A stretch of DNA of 64,000 nucleotides from Salisapilia sapeloensis CBS 127946 (GCA_023334545.1 JAADVB010000047.1:29476-93475), one strand, 5' to 3'; counted from the first letter of the stretch, positions 40,849 to 52,594 are shown. Translations and numbers: made by a program. The notes: generated by a model from the letters alone, not told the origin.

Positions 40849-42225
40849 TTAGCCAATCACATCCATGCGAGGATTCACACGAGATTTCCAAGCGCCGCAC
40901 GCCGTCGTCAGCACGTCCGCGATGCTTCCTACGTCCATGCCGGTCGCGCACAAGTCATTCAGCGTACGTACGTATTGAAGACTGTACGATGTGAACCCGT
41001 GGGCAATGCCAGTGTCTTTCACACCACACTTGGCTTCAAACAGCGTCAACACATCTTCCTGACAGTCGCTGTCGACATCGGCAATATTCGCCGTCAAAAG
41101 TTGCTTTTTCGCTTGAACCTCATACTCCCTTCGGATGCCGTCAAACATGGCATCAGCCTGCTCTCGTTCGTAAATCTCTTTCACAAGCTCTTTTGCAAAC
41201 GACCGACGGTCAGAACCCGTGGGCGCATCCAAGTACTCGTAGAACTTGGACACGAGCTCGACGTCCCGCGCACTCACGGCACTCGTCTCCTTCATCTTCA
41301 ACTCCGCGTTCTCCGCAAACTGCCCTGCAGTCATATCCTCTTCTCCACTGTCTGCCCCACTCATATCCAAAGTCGACTCAAAGTTTCCTAGGATCTCGCG
41401 CTCAATTTTCGGATCTCCGAAGCGCAGCACGTGACTCTTGCTCGTCTGCGTCCGGACCCTCGTGTACTGCTGCTCGACCTTTTCACTCGACAGATCCGTC
41501 AAGTCCGAGTCCTCCATCCAATTCACAGAGTACAGGTCACCTAGACAAGTATAGATCGGTTTGCCATTCACCATGGCATATGGAGGACAGTAAGTGCCCC
41601 ACGAACTTTCATGGGCATTCGCGGCCGTCGTGGCAAACGCATTGATCTTGCGCAGCCACTCGTCTGCAAACATCGACCCACTCTCACACGCTTCCATATA
41701 AAACATCAGCTCCTTGTACTTGCCTTGCGAATGCATCTCCTTCAATGTCTTTGTCAGCATCTTGGACGTCAATTTCTTGTCGTGGGGAAACACGACAAAG
41801 CCAGGGGCACCGTGGTCGACAAAGTTGATGAACACACGGTCCTCCTTGGTACTCGTGAGCACCTTGCGGCCTTGTGTGTACTCGGAATCTCCTAGCAGCA
41901 CATGCTGGAACATGTCCGGTGTCACGTCCTTGCCACTGTAGTCGACGTTGCAGCCAGCATACACGTCGACGGCAGAACTCTCATTTCCCGGTTTATTATA
42001 CAGCTTCCCGGGGAACGGGTTCCGTGGGCTGTTAGCGACGTCGTCGTACATCATGAGGATCGTGTTCTCTGCCGGGATCCCATGGCGACGTACGACATGG
42101 TAAGCATGGCAAGCATCGGCCTGGTGTCGGTAGTTAAAGTAGCCTGTGGATCCAGCCACGATAACAGCATAATTCTCCGCATACGCAGCGGAGAGCAAGA
42201 GCGAGAGGAAGAGAAGGATTCGCAT
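40849..42225 (-). CDS. Legumain / vacuolar processing enzyme (peptidase C13), secreted or vacuolar
   Basis: Signal peptide MRILLFLSLLLSAAYA, then AVIVAGS.GYFNYRHQAD, catalytic His in DHGAPG and catalytic Cys in EACESGSM, plus a C-terminal prodomain. Confidence 0.95.
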   Translation of the reverse strand: MRILLFLSLLLSAAYAENYAVIVAGSTGYFNYRHQADACHAYHVVRRHGIPAENTILMMYDDVANSPRNPFPGKLYNKPGNESSAVDVYAGCNVDYSGKDVTPDMFQHVLLGDSEYTQGRKVLTSTKEDRVFINFVDHGAPGFVVFPHDKKLTSKMLTKTLKEMHSQGKYKELMFYMEACESGSMFADEWLRKINAFATTAANAHESSWGTYCPPYAMVNGKPIYTCLGDLYSVNWMEDSDLTDLSSEKVEQQYTRVRTQTSKSHVLRFGDPKIEREILGNFESTLDMSGADSGEEDMTAGQFAENAELKMKETSAVSARDVELVSKFYEYLDAPTGSDRRSFAKELVKEIYEREQADAMFDGIRREYEVQAKKQLLTANIADVDSDCQEDVLTLFEAKCGVKDTGIAHGFTSYSLQYVRTLNDLCATGMDVGSIADVLTTACGAWKSRVNPRMDVIG

Positions 42226-42319
42226 CGTTTTCTTTCTTTTCTTTCAAGATACACTGGTCCAGTTTATTCTTTTCTTTTGTATCATTTAAAATGTGTCATA
42301 TGGAAAGCTGGGTACAAAC

Positions 42320-43175
42320 ATGGAACAGAAGCATGTCCGAGAGGCATGGGCGGACGAGCAGCTCCGTCTGAAGCAATTGCTACGCGAAGATGACTCGGTT
42401 CAATGGGATCTAGGCAGAGATGCACTCGATAGAGATGTAGATGTAAAACCATTGACTAGAGTTGCCGGCGTGGACATTAGTTTCTTGAAAGGCTCGAACG
42501 AGCATGCTTGCGCCTCGCTCGTCGTGCTAGATTACACCTCCCTCACTCTTCTCTACGAAGCCTTCACATACGTTTCTCTCCCAGCACCATACATCCCTGG
42601 CTTCCTCGCCTTTCGAGAAGTACCAGCGCTCTGTAAGCTCTATCGAGACCTCGAGACTCGATGTCCTGACTTGTTGCCAGACATGACGCTTGTCGACGGC
42701 AATGGCATTCTGCATCCACGAGGCTTTGGCCTCGCCTCTCACTTTGGCGTGCTCATGGACATTCCTACCATTGGCGTGGGCAAAACGTTCTTGCACGTCG
42801 ATGGACTGACCAAAGGGAGTGTAAAGACCCAAATGGAGGACGCAAAGGCCCATGGAGACACCGTGACTGAGCTCATAGGTGATTCGGGCAAAGTATCCTC
42901 TAGCTAGAACTAAAAGGGGCTACGTCCTAATGCCATGGCGATAGGTATGGGGAGCTGCCGTGTGTGGCACGACGATGGTACAGAACCCGACGTTCGTGTC
43001 TGTCGGCCACCAAGTGAAGCTATCGACAGCAGTGGAAGTGAATCGCCATTGCTCCAAGTATCGCGTGCCGGAGCCGATCCGACAGGCAGACCAGCGGTCG
43101 AGGAAGATCATTCGCGAGTGGCAAGACAAGAACGCAGTGGACACGACTCTAGACACATACCATCGACATGCTTAA
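42320..43175 (+). CDS. ENDOV: Endonuclease V (inosine-specific nuclease), 2 exons
   Basis: VAGVDISF, YIPGFLAFRE, LVDGNGILHPRGFGLASHFG, IGVGK, P.FVSVGH and RVPEPIRQAD. Confidence 0.95.
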
Positions 43176-43188
43176 GAAAGAACTCTTG

Positions 43189-44400
43189 TTACAAAATGAC
43201 ACACCATCGAGACACAAAGCTCGGCGGTTCATCCTTCTCTCCACTCTTGTTATACCGACGGATCGTCGTCGGGACGAATGTGCCAGTGGGTCTACCTTGC
43301 AGTCGATGGGGTGCTAGGAGGACACCCAAGAGATCTTCTAAATCCGAATCAGAGATATACGGATCCAAGTACCAATTCCTCACTTGCACATCGTCCGAAT
43401 TCTCGTCTGCATGCCCAAAGTTCAGCGTCGAAAGCAGATCCACCGCCTCGGACGTGTACTCTGGTGTCCCACTTTCCACGAACACAGCGTCCGATACTAT
43501 AGCCACATTTAACTCCTTCACTTGCGTTTTGTATGCTAATATGCGTACATTTCCATGAGACGATGGTCGCAGACGCTATATTGGCGCGGAAGAGCTCGTA
43601 GAGACCAGCGAGGAACGGGTGGCAGCCTATACTACCCGAGTACTTCTGAACAAACGCTTGGGTATGCTGTCGAAGACGATGCTGGTGGTCCAGCGACCGA
43701 ACATAGCTGTCATGCACACGAGGCTGGAGTTCTTGTGTGTCTGTATTTATATGGTACGATGTGCTTTGAAGTTGGGACAGTCGCGTATCCAAAGTCGAGT
43801 ACTTTGGAGGTGCATTGGTGTTTGTATACAAATATCAAGTCAAAAATAGAAAAGTACCTGCCGAGTGGCCGCATCTCGATGGAACTGTCCGCGGACCTTG
43901 GCATTCGACTGCTCGAACATGTCGAGACTGGTAGGAAGGTCTTGTGGTTAGTCTAAGGTAAAGAAGATGTGGAGACACAAAGAGTACGTCTCGTCAAAGC
44001 AGGATGCATGGTCTGGGTTTCCACATCGCTGGAGACCCAAGCTCTCCACGACGCTTTCCAAGGACGTGTCATCACTTCTAGAGTCATCCGCGTCTGCTTT
44101 CAACCTGATGCATTCCTATAAGCTATAGCAAATATACTCATGTCTCTCTTAGGAAGACATACACCACTTGATCTAGCTTGCATGATCCAAAGTAGTCCAA
44201 TACGCGCCTAGCGAATGCATCGTGGTCATAATAAAATCGTCGACACAGGTCCTCCCACTGTTCTCGCCTCTCTTGCGACCTCCTCTGTAGCTCCTCACAG
44301 TTGCATGCTACAAAGACGTAAGAAATCTACACTTTGATCCAACATGCTACCTCAGAAACAGCTCAAGTAGATAGAAATGCTTCCTACCGTCTTGCATCAT
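43189..44400 (-). CDS. Hypothetical multi-exon protein ending in a CaaX motif (CVIL)
   Basis: Spliced frames MMQD|ACNCEELQRR...DQV|ECIRLK..., ...YSGSIGCHPFLAGLYELF..., and a last exon ...GRPTGTF...SRWCVIL*. Several GT-AG introns, with approximate boundaries. Confidence 0.6.
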
Positions 44401-44507
44401 CTTGTTCCAGTACAAAAGTGTCAACTCATTTAGCCAATCCAGTATCTTGTATTTTCTTTTCAACCAATCCGATCTAAAGCTGCAATGTAGCCATGTCATG
44501 TTCAAGT

Positions 44508-45791
44508 TCAGATCTCTCGGAGCACTTCCAGGAGCTGCTGGCGCTGCTGAAGTACCTCCTGGTCACTCGTACGTGTCTCTTCATCCAGAGTCTCAAAGAT
44601 ACCTTCAAAAAAGTCCAATTGGACTTTGGCACGTTCCATCTCGTCATTGTTAAACAGCGTGATGGCGTAGTTCAGATGGAACAAGTGGTCACTTTCCATG
44701 TCAATGGACTTGTCAAACGCAGTACAAGCATTCTCAAAGTCATCCAGACGGCTCAAGGTAATGGCGAGGTACATGTATGAGCTAGCAAAGTCTGGCTTTA
44801 GATTAATCGCCGCACTAAAATAGTGGAACGCCGACGCATATTGACCAGTGTTCAGGTGCACGAGACCGAGGTTGTAGCACGTGATCCACTCGAATGGATC
44901 TAGATACAGAGCCCGTTTTAAACACGACACAGCTGCTACGAAACGCTGCTTCCCAAAGAAGCACATGCCGATATTATTCCACAATTGTGCTGACGCCGGT
45001 GTCTGCACGGCCGCCACGCGGTACTTGACAAGCGCGACGTCCATGTCTCCATTGTCCTGGATGATGGACCCGGCAGCCAGAATCGTCTTGGGATTGCGCG
45101 GATCGTGCGTGAGTGAGTTACCAAGATAATCAAAAGCTCGATAGTTTTCTCCAATGCGGAGGTAGAGTAGACCTAGCGTCGTCAGTATCTCTGGGTTCTC
45201 GGGTGAAAACTCGAGCGCTTCCAAATACACTTCAACCGCTTCCTTGTACTTTTCCTGTAGAGTAAACACCTTGCCTAGTTGGAGGAACGTCGCGTCGTGC
45301 CGAGTGATGCCATTCGCTCGCTGCAGATCGTCCACCGCGGCGTCGTAGTCTTTCAGGTACATGTGACAGAGACCGATGCTATAGAACACTTCCCAGTCCT
45401 CCATGCGACCAGAATCGACGATACCTTCATACACTTCGATGGCAGAAGTATGCTTTCCTAGTAAATATAACGACCTTCCGACTTGCTTCAGGTTCTCCTT
45501 GTTATCCGGATTTAGCACCGTCGCGGCTTGGAAGAGCTGTAGGCTGTCTTGGATACGGCCTCGATGGCGAAGTATCAACGCCTTGATGTAGATCGGGTAC
45601 TCGCTCAGTCCCTGATGCTCCCGTAAGACGCTTTCGACGACACGCAGACATTCCGAATGCTCCGAACGCAAGTAGAGTCGATGTAGGAACCAGTTCTGGT
45701 ACGAAGGTGGGACCACACCCGCGTCCCGTTGTACAGCTGCATGGTAATCACGTGGAGACTTGGCTTGATCGAGTAGATCCGACGTCGTCAT
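44508..45791 (-). CDS. BBS4: Bardet-Biedl syndrome 4 protein (BBSome TPR subunit)
   Basis: QNWFLHRLY, EYPIYIKALI, NLKQVGRSLYLLGKH, LTTLGLLYL, ILAAGSIIQ.NGDMDVALVKYRVAA and LWNNIGMCFFGK. Collinear with BBS4 over its whole length. Confidence 0.95.
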   Translation of the reverse strand: MTTSDLLDQAKSPRDYHAAVQRDAGVVPPSYQNWFLHRLYLRSEHSECLRVVESVLREHQGLSEYPIYIKALILRHRGRIQDSLQLFQAATVLNPDNKENLKQVGRSLYLLGKHTSAIEVYEGIVDSGRMEDWEVFYSIGLCHMYLKDYDAAVDDLQRANGITRHDATFLQLGKVFTLQEKYKEAVEVYLEALEFSPENPEILTTLGLLYLRIGENYRAFDYLGNSLTHDPRNPKTILAAGSIIQDNGDMDVALVKYRVAAVQTPASAQLWNNIGMCFFGKQRFVAAVSCLKRALYLDPFEWITCYNLGLVHLNTGQYASAFHYFSAAINLKPDFASSYMYLAITLSRLDDFENACTAFDKSIDMESDHLFHLNYAITLFNNDEMERAKVQLDFFEGIFETLDEETRTSDQEVLQQRQQLLEVLREI

Positions 45792-45886
45792 GGTGACAAG
45801 TAGCTACGTCGACCAACTTTCCATTGGTACTGTGAAACGGCGCGTGCTAATAATACATCTCGACGACAAAGGGTGGGCAAGAAGGA

Positions 45887-46393
45887 ATGGTAGAAGAAGG
45901 ACATGTAGTAGCTCGTTTAGATCCGATCGGGGATATTTTTGTTAATGGGCTCGCGAACGGGTATGCAGATGAGTACCCTGGTAATTGGGACGCGTCCTTT
46001 GCAGAGTACATGACAAAGGAAGAGTTTGACGACGCGATCAAGAAAATCAATGACGCACTCTTTGATCTGTGGCCGTGTATGCCGTGCACGACGCTTGCCT
46101 ACGGTTGCTGCCTATGTACGTGTGGCCTATCTATCTACGGTGCCTCTTTGCAAGTGAAGGAGGCTGAGGAACGCACGAGAGCACAGATCCAGCGGATCAA
46201 TGAACAAAATAATTTCAAAGCGAACAAGGTCGAGTGGAAGCTCGTACGCATCTGGTATCGACGCTACTCGTACATTGACATTACCACCACGTCTGCACCT
46301 ATTGCCGACGAAGATACTAGTAAGATGCAGTCTGTAGCTATGAGTCCAGACGCTCCGCCGACAGAAGAAATGGCACGAGTCCAGGCAGAATAG
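45887..46393 (+). CDS. Erf4/GOLGA7/CHIC-family cysteine-rich palmitoylated protein
   Basis: MTKEEFDDAIKKIN followed by a Cys-rich hydrophobic stretch (CMPCTTLAYGCCLCTCGLS), then IQRINE...VEWKL. Confidence 0.7.
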   Translation: MVEEGHVVARLDPIGDIFVNGLANGYADEYPGNWDASFAEYMTKEEFDDAIKKINDALFDLWPCMPCTTLAYGCCLCTCGLSIYGASLQVKEAEERTRAQIQRINEQNNFKANKVEWKLVRIWYRRYSYIDITTTSAPIADEDTSKMQSVAMSPDAPPTEEMARVQAE

Positions 46394-46459
46394 CCTTGAA
46401 TCAATTTTGAAACATGTCGTTTGCTTCTCACCATCCTTCCTACTCTCGTTAACACTAGA

Positions 46460-48682
46460 CTAATAAAACACAAAGGAAGCAGAGAGCTGTCGGCTGAACG
46501 ACCGACCTTCGATATTTCTTCGATTCAGACCAGACTCCTCGAGCGCCAAGGCTGTCGCAAAGCCTCCCTGTATTTCACTTTCACGGAAACAGCTCCGACT
46601 CGCGGAGCCGAATGTCCTCTTGCGGTCCACCTCTGCGTACCCCGTATTGTACCGATGCACTTGTAAACGGTTCATACTCAACCGACTCACTTGCTCCTGT
46701 GATAGCGACTCACATATCGCCCTGGGGCAATGGAGCGTATCAAGTAGATGCTGGAAGATGCCACTCGTCTTGAAAGTAGCAAAGGCATGATCATCTAAAG
46801 CAGCGAGGATCTCCTTTCGAGCGTCGTTGAACGTGTCCATCTGGACACTGTCTTCCCTCACGTCGTTCTCGATCGACTGCACCGTCTTCTTCGATATGGA
46901 CACCGGCATAGGCGCTTCCACCGCCAAGAACTTGAAATAGATCATCAAAGCAATCTCATGGTTCTGTTCATCACACCGGCGTTCTAGAGAGTGGCTGAAG
47001 CTTTCAATCGCTCGAAAGAGCTCCACTTCATTGTACTTACACCTTCGAGCCAAACAGTCTGCGCTCCACAATCGACACGCTTCGTAGTGCATCAAGACGT
47101 GCTCGACAGAACAACTTTCACGCAAACACTTGATACAAAACTCGGCGTAGAGCTGCGGTAGGTCTGAAAAGAACTCGTGAAATAAATCTTGACTCAATTG
47201 GAGAGCCAAGCAGTCTTTCGTCGCCTTCACCGTGATGAGCGATAAGGTATCTAGGAGAATCGCTTCTTGACCAAAGTACCCGCCTGGATATACTTTGATC
47301 ACTCCATCTTTCACATAGTCTGCAGTTCCGTTCGTCTTCTTGTCACCTACTTCCGATGGCAGCTTTTCGACTGTCGTTCCGTACTCTATCTCCACCTCTC
47401 CTGTTAAAAGTAAATAAAAGTCATGCGTCGGCGCACCCGACCACATGACGTACGTCCCGCTCATCCACTCGACTAGCTTACTGATAATACTAAGCTCTCG
47501 GAGCTTGTAGCTGGAAACTGCACCGAGGAACGTGGATCCCTGTCGTACCACCGAACCTATTTGCTGGAGCCGGATGTGCTCCTGTATAGCGATACGTATC
47601 CCAGGCGAGAGAGCTCCGACCATTTCAAATGTACTCCGATCAAAGGACAGGAGAAGCGAGTCCGAGAGTGCCGTCACAGTCGCCACTCGCGGCAGATCAT
47701 ATAGCAGTGTAATTTCGCCGAAGAAACTCCCGGAGCTCAAACGACTAAGCGCCGAGAACGTTTTGGTACTAGATGAGGAAGAAGCTGCTTGGTCGGAACT
47801 AGAGCCATCATCCTTCTTAGATACAAAACTGGAGGACGATGCCATGCGTTCGAAAGGCACACTTGCCTGTAGACTTCCTCGAACACATACGTAGAAGCAC
47901 TCTTCCCTTGCTCCTCGCTCATACAACAGTTCATCTCGAGAGATAAATCGGTACGTGCACAAGTTGCAAAGTGCCTCCAAAATCGAGACGTCGACATTCG
48001 CAAGGAACGGAATGTCCGCGAGGTAGATCACAAAGTCCGCTTCGATTATCGAATGCAAGTAGTGAATCTTTTCAGCCGTCGTCATGGTACGACCGTGCGC
48101 GTCACGTGACCTCGGGTCCGAGAAACGAGCAGTGTGCTTCGTATTGGGCTTATGAGCCATCGCTTGGTTCCGCAGCTTGGACAGCTCCGGCTTGACAAGC
48201 TTGAGTAGAGTGCAGCCAGTCGTCACATCCGCCGTAAAGAGGTTTCGATCCAACATGGCTTCCATGGATGGTCGATTCGATGCCTTCTGCTTGCTCGTCA
48301 CATTCGACCCATCGTCTGCAAAGCGCTTGACGAGCTGCTCTCGAACTGCGCATGCTATAAAATGTCCTGGTTTGCGCTGACCTAGTCTAGTCGTCTTGCA
48401 GTCCGTTACTTTCGTCACCTTCCTCGCAGCTTCCGCTGGCTCGGTGATGTAGCTCACATCCACGCCTCCTTCAGCGATAATATAAAAACTCCGTCCGTCA
48501 TTCTGGATTTTAGCTCCTTTGGCGACCGTAACGACTTGGAAGCAGTGCGCGAGGTCGTTTAAGAGATGGTCGTCCAAATGCCGCATGAAGGATGCTGTAC
48601 GTAGTGTTGCAACAATAAGATCGTGTGTTGGCCCACTCGGGTAACTGTATTTTAGCGTTTGCGTTGACAACAGTCCTCCCAT
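46460..48682 (-). CDS. Triple cNMP-binding-domain protein with C-terminal RGS-like domain
   Basis: N-terminus MGGLLS and three cNMP folds, the second with canonical FFGEITLLYDLPRVATV. RGS-like C-terminus: IYFKFLAVEAPMPVSISKK...DTFNDARKEILAAL...FATFKTS. Confidence 0.85.
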   Translation of the reverse strand: MGGLLSTQTLKYSYPSGPTHDLIVATLRTASFMRHLDDHLLNDLAHCFQVVTVAKGAKIQNDGRSFYIIAEGGVDVSYITEPAEAARKVTKVTDCKTTRLGQRKPGHFIACAVREQLVKRFADDGSNVTSKQKASNRPSMEAMLDRNLFTADVTTGCTLLKLVKPELSKLRNQAMAHKPNTKHTARFSDPRSRDAHGRTMTTAEKIHYLHSIIEADFVIYLADIPFLANVDVSILEALCNLCTYRFISRDELLYERGAREECFYVCVRGSLQASVPFERMASSSSFVSKKDDGSSSDQAASSSSSTKTFSALSRLSSGSFFGEITLLYDLPRVATVTALSDSLLLSFDRSTFEMVGALSPGIRIAIQEHIRLQQIGSVVRQGSTFLGAVSSYKLRELSIISKLVEWMSGTYVMWSGAPTHDFYLLLTGEVEIEYGTTVEKLPSEVGDKKTNGTADYVKDGVIKVYPGGYFGQEAILLDTLSLITVKATKDCLALQLSQDLFHEFFSDLPQLYAEFCIKCLRESCSVEHVLMHYEACRLWSADCLARRCKYNEVELFRAIESFSHSLERRCDEQNHEIALMIYFKFLAVEAPMPVSISKKTVQSIENDVREDSVQMDTFNDARKEILAALDDHAFATFKTSGIFQHLLDTLHCPRAICESLSQEQVSRLSMNRLQVHRYNTGYAEVDRKRTFGSASRSCFRESEIQGGFATALALEESGLNRRNIEGRSFSRQLSASFVFY

Positions 48683-49000
48683 GTCGCCTTAGGATCCTAC
48701 AAACTGCAGGTCGGGACAACGCGATAAAAGGCGATCCAGAGTTTCCAGTGCACGAGATTACCACGTCCCTTCAAGTCACTTTCTATCGAAAGACCTCGGT
48801 CCGTGAGCTAGTAAGCGCGCTCGACACTTGTTCTCTAGTAATTGGCTTCCTGCTTGACGTCCTCATCCTGACAAAAATAGATGCATGAGGTAGGACAAAG
48901 ATAGCATTCGGTCGAAACCTTCGGGAGGAGGCGCTTGGACGTGCCTACACAAACATTTGCGACTCAATTGACATCCGTCACATCGTGCTCAAACCTGATC

Positions 49001-52000
49001 ATGCCGTCCATGCAAGGCAGAATCGATAGCATGGGCACTGTTGGTATGTAGCCTTCTTTGATGGATAGACGACTAGGACTGATACTCTAACGAATGCCAT
49101 CTCGTCATGTAGCTTGGAACCAGTACCAGCGCCTTTTGACGGATGAACGCTTGATGGCGTACTTTAGTGCAGAGGCAGATCGCTTTGCGGCATCCACTTC
49201 CAAGCCGGATGACATCCTTCGGAGGTTCAGTCTCAGTGGCGACGGGTATCTAGATCTGAAAGAGTTCCAGCTTGCCATGAAACGACTTGGCATGTGGTCT
49301 GAACTTGACTTCTCTCATTCCACTTCCCATGCATCTGACGCAAGTGAGACGGCAATGAAACGAGCTCGGGAACTTTTCACGGTCTTTTGTCCAACCCACG
49401 TACGCAAATTGGACATTGGGCTCTTTTGCCGCATCATGACCGAATGGTCTCTTCGTCTGATGCGCAAGCGAGCGATTGAGAGTCGACAGTCAGCACCGTC
49501 ATTGCCAACACCTCGGGACTCTCTCTCGAGTTTAAATGACAATTTTATTCGTTCTTCGTACAACAATTTGGACGGCATCGCAGCACCGTACGCGACCGAG
49601 CGATCAAGGGTTGTGCAAGACCCGAGGAAGCCTCTTATACCAAATGAAGCAGAGCCGTACGCGGCACTCTGGCGACGTCTTGTTGAGCCGATCCACCGCA
49701 GTATGGAGAAACTCCAGCACATGTTCTTCAACATGGACATCGGAAGCACTGGCAGTGTCAAGCAAGAGGAATTCGAACTCGCTCTTAGTCACATCGGTGT
49801 CTTCCTTACTCCTCAAGAGTACCAGGACCTGTACAAGTCGTTCCCAGACAATGTGAAATTTGCAGGTGACCACGCGTCCGCTTTCGAAGTGAAATACGCC
49901 AACTTCCTTTTACTGTTTAAAGAAAAGGATCATCTAGAACACACTACCACCTCCTCTCATGCCACACCTCCAGTCGCTGGTGTTGGAAGTGGGAGATTAT
50001 GGGATCTAATCGTGATGGAACGAGAGAAACTTGCATCCATGTTCCACCAGTACGAACGCATTCATCAGTATGAGCTTCCACCCGACAGCTTTCGAGAATG
50101 TCTTCGCCAAGCCGGGATTTCTATGAGCAATGCAGACTTCGCTGCCCTACGTGTTCGTCTTCTACCATACACGTAAGAGCCATTAGCTTCTTTATATTAT
50201 ATAATTTATTAATATTTGTCTTTTGTAGAGACTCCAACGGATGTATACGGCTCTCTCCTCTCGTCCAGGCCATTGCAGACAGCGAGATCGCCACGCACAA
50301 GACGGCCATTGCTCCACAGTCCAAACCGCCAGCGCAAGCTGCGACGAATGAACCAAAGCAGGGCAAACGCACATCGCCAGGCCCACCACTGGACGATGCA
50401 CAGGACGAATATCAAGCTCTTCCTCGTCCAGCAGGAAAGTCTAATCAGCAACGGTACACTCTACGAGCCTCTTGTTATCTTCCGTAGGTGCTAACACCCT
50501 CCTTATTAGAGATGCGGAGGCGAACCGGTCCATCGTACGCATTCGAGACGAAAGTCGATGGAAGAGTAACTTGGGCCTCCACCTGACCCAGTCAGAGGAC
50601 CAAACGCCCGACAATACGGTACGCCAGAAACCCATGAACGTAAACGTCTGTGCTGCGTTGGAGGCGCTCGAGCAGCGGATCTTGTACAAAATGCATCAGG
50701 CGCAGCAGCTCGGACGGCCCAACGTCAACTCGGTACAGGCAGTGTTCCCAGGTGACCAGTTCGGGAAGATCACGCGAGGACAGTTTCGCCAGAGCCTTGC
50801 ACACATCGGTCTCATCGCTCGGTACGCTGAAGTCGAAGCTCTGTTCTGGAAGCTCGACGCTCTTGGTCGAGGGTACATTGAAAACGAAGCTCTGTACGCG
50901 CATCTCGCAAGAGCGAGTGCTCGGCGAGAGAGAAGACAGTCGGACGAGGTGGAAGGTAGCTCTTCCGTTCAGGATGAAGAAGCAGACAAGAGGAATGGTC
51001 TGTATGTCGATATATCCGATGAAGACGATCGAGAACAAGTGTCGTCTCGAAGCTTCTCTCGGTCGGTGCAAAAGATCTTTGAGGCCATGCTGTCTGATCT
51101 GCCGCTTGTCGTTCGACTGTGTCGGCAAGAAGACACCTACCAAACAGGCACAGTCTCCCGTGCGCAGCTTTTAGGTATCATGTATGAAGCCGGCATCCTA
51201 GCACCAGCGTCCGACATGCAGGCTGCTGTAGGCGCTTTGGCCAGTAAGAGCAGTGCTAGTCCGGACGACGTTGGCAGTTCAGAATCGACATCACCACGCA
51301 TTGACTATGTGGGCATGGAAGATAAGCTTATGAATCTATGTAGCGACCTCCTGTCGCCTTGTAAGAGTAGGCAGCACCAGTCCACGACGTCTGTCCTGCT
51401 GTCGCCCCACGAGCGTGCGAATGATGACAACCGTCGGACCTTGATGAGCAGTGGAGACTACCAGGAACACATCAGCCGACGTCGTGTGAACTACAACCAT
51501 CCAGCAGCAAAGTCTTCTCTTCGGATTGTTGATCCAGTCATGGAAACCAACGCGGTGGAACAAAAGGAGAGAAGCTCTCAAGGAGGAGAGCGACGCAATC
51601 GCCGAGCTCTAATCGTGATTCTACAAGAACTACTCGAAAGCCGAGGCATCTTAAAGACCGTCATGGACTTGTACAGACGAGCGGACCTGCATGGATACGT
51701 GACGAGGGCCGAGCTTGCAGACATCTTCCTTTCGTCCCGCCTCGCCTTGAATTTCTCCACATCACTCACATGTGGCATGTCCGTGCATGAGTTTATCGAC
51801 GAAATGTACCCTACAGATGGGACGGAGCCACGCCTTGTGTCGTTCCTGGATGTGATTAAGCGTGCAACTGACCTTTTCGCCGAGGTTACCAATGGAAAGC
51901 TCGACGGCTCGAGAAACGGTAGTCAAGCTACCAAGCACGATCGCCCGCAGCACTATCGATCTCGACGGAACCATACAGGAGGATGGGTCCAGGGCTTTGA

Positions 52001-52523
52001 AGGCGTCTTGGACTCGGTCGTCAAGAGTCCGCGCGCCTCGAAGCAATTTCTTGAAGCACGAGATGAGATGACGAGTCCCCCTGCAGTCCCACCAGCAGCA
52101 TCGCTCCGGAAGAAACTCTTGGAGCAAAGCCGCTTGAAAGGCCTCTTAGCAACCGAGCATGATCACATGAGCGCAGCTATTCTCGTGCGCCATGCATTCA
52201 AAGGCGTCTCCTCTCGCGAACTCGTCGTGCCGATCGACAATGGCGAGTTCGAAGCCATGTGCAGGACTGCAGATATCAAGCATGTGTGCCACCGCATTGG
52301 CATCGATCTAACTGTTCCGGAAGAACGACACTTGACGGTAACACTAGACAAGCACAAGACTGGCTTCGTCTCCTCTCCACAACTACTGCACTACTTTATT
52401 TGGCTCTCGAGGTCCAGCCAGTCTACGGACGAATGTACCCAGCAACCAAACAAGAGCAAGGATATGGCTGATATTAAGGATGAAGCAGTACGTGACAAGA
52501 GCGTTCGGTTCAGTCAGAGCTAA
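49001..52523 (+). CDS. Large multi-EF-hand protein (3 introns)
   Basis: EF-hand loops SLSGDGYLDLKEF, DIGSTGSVKQEEF, DALGRGYIE, DTYQTGTVSRAQL and DKHKTGFVSS. A short first exon MPSMQGRIDSMGTV|G(TATGT) joins in phase to ORF 49094, with further introns near 50172-50226 and 50453-50487. Confidence 0.7.
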
Positions 52524-52594
52524 ATTTAGAGTCGAGTGCTTCTACTTTTCAACAAATACACTTTGGCTTTCGTTTTTCTAGCTCACTGTCCTCT

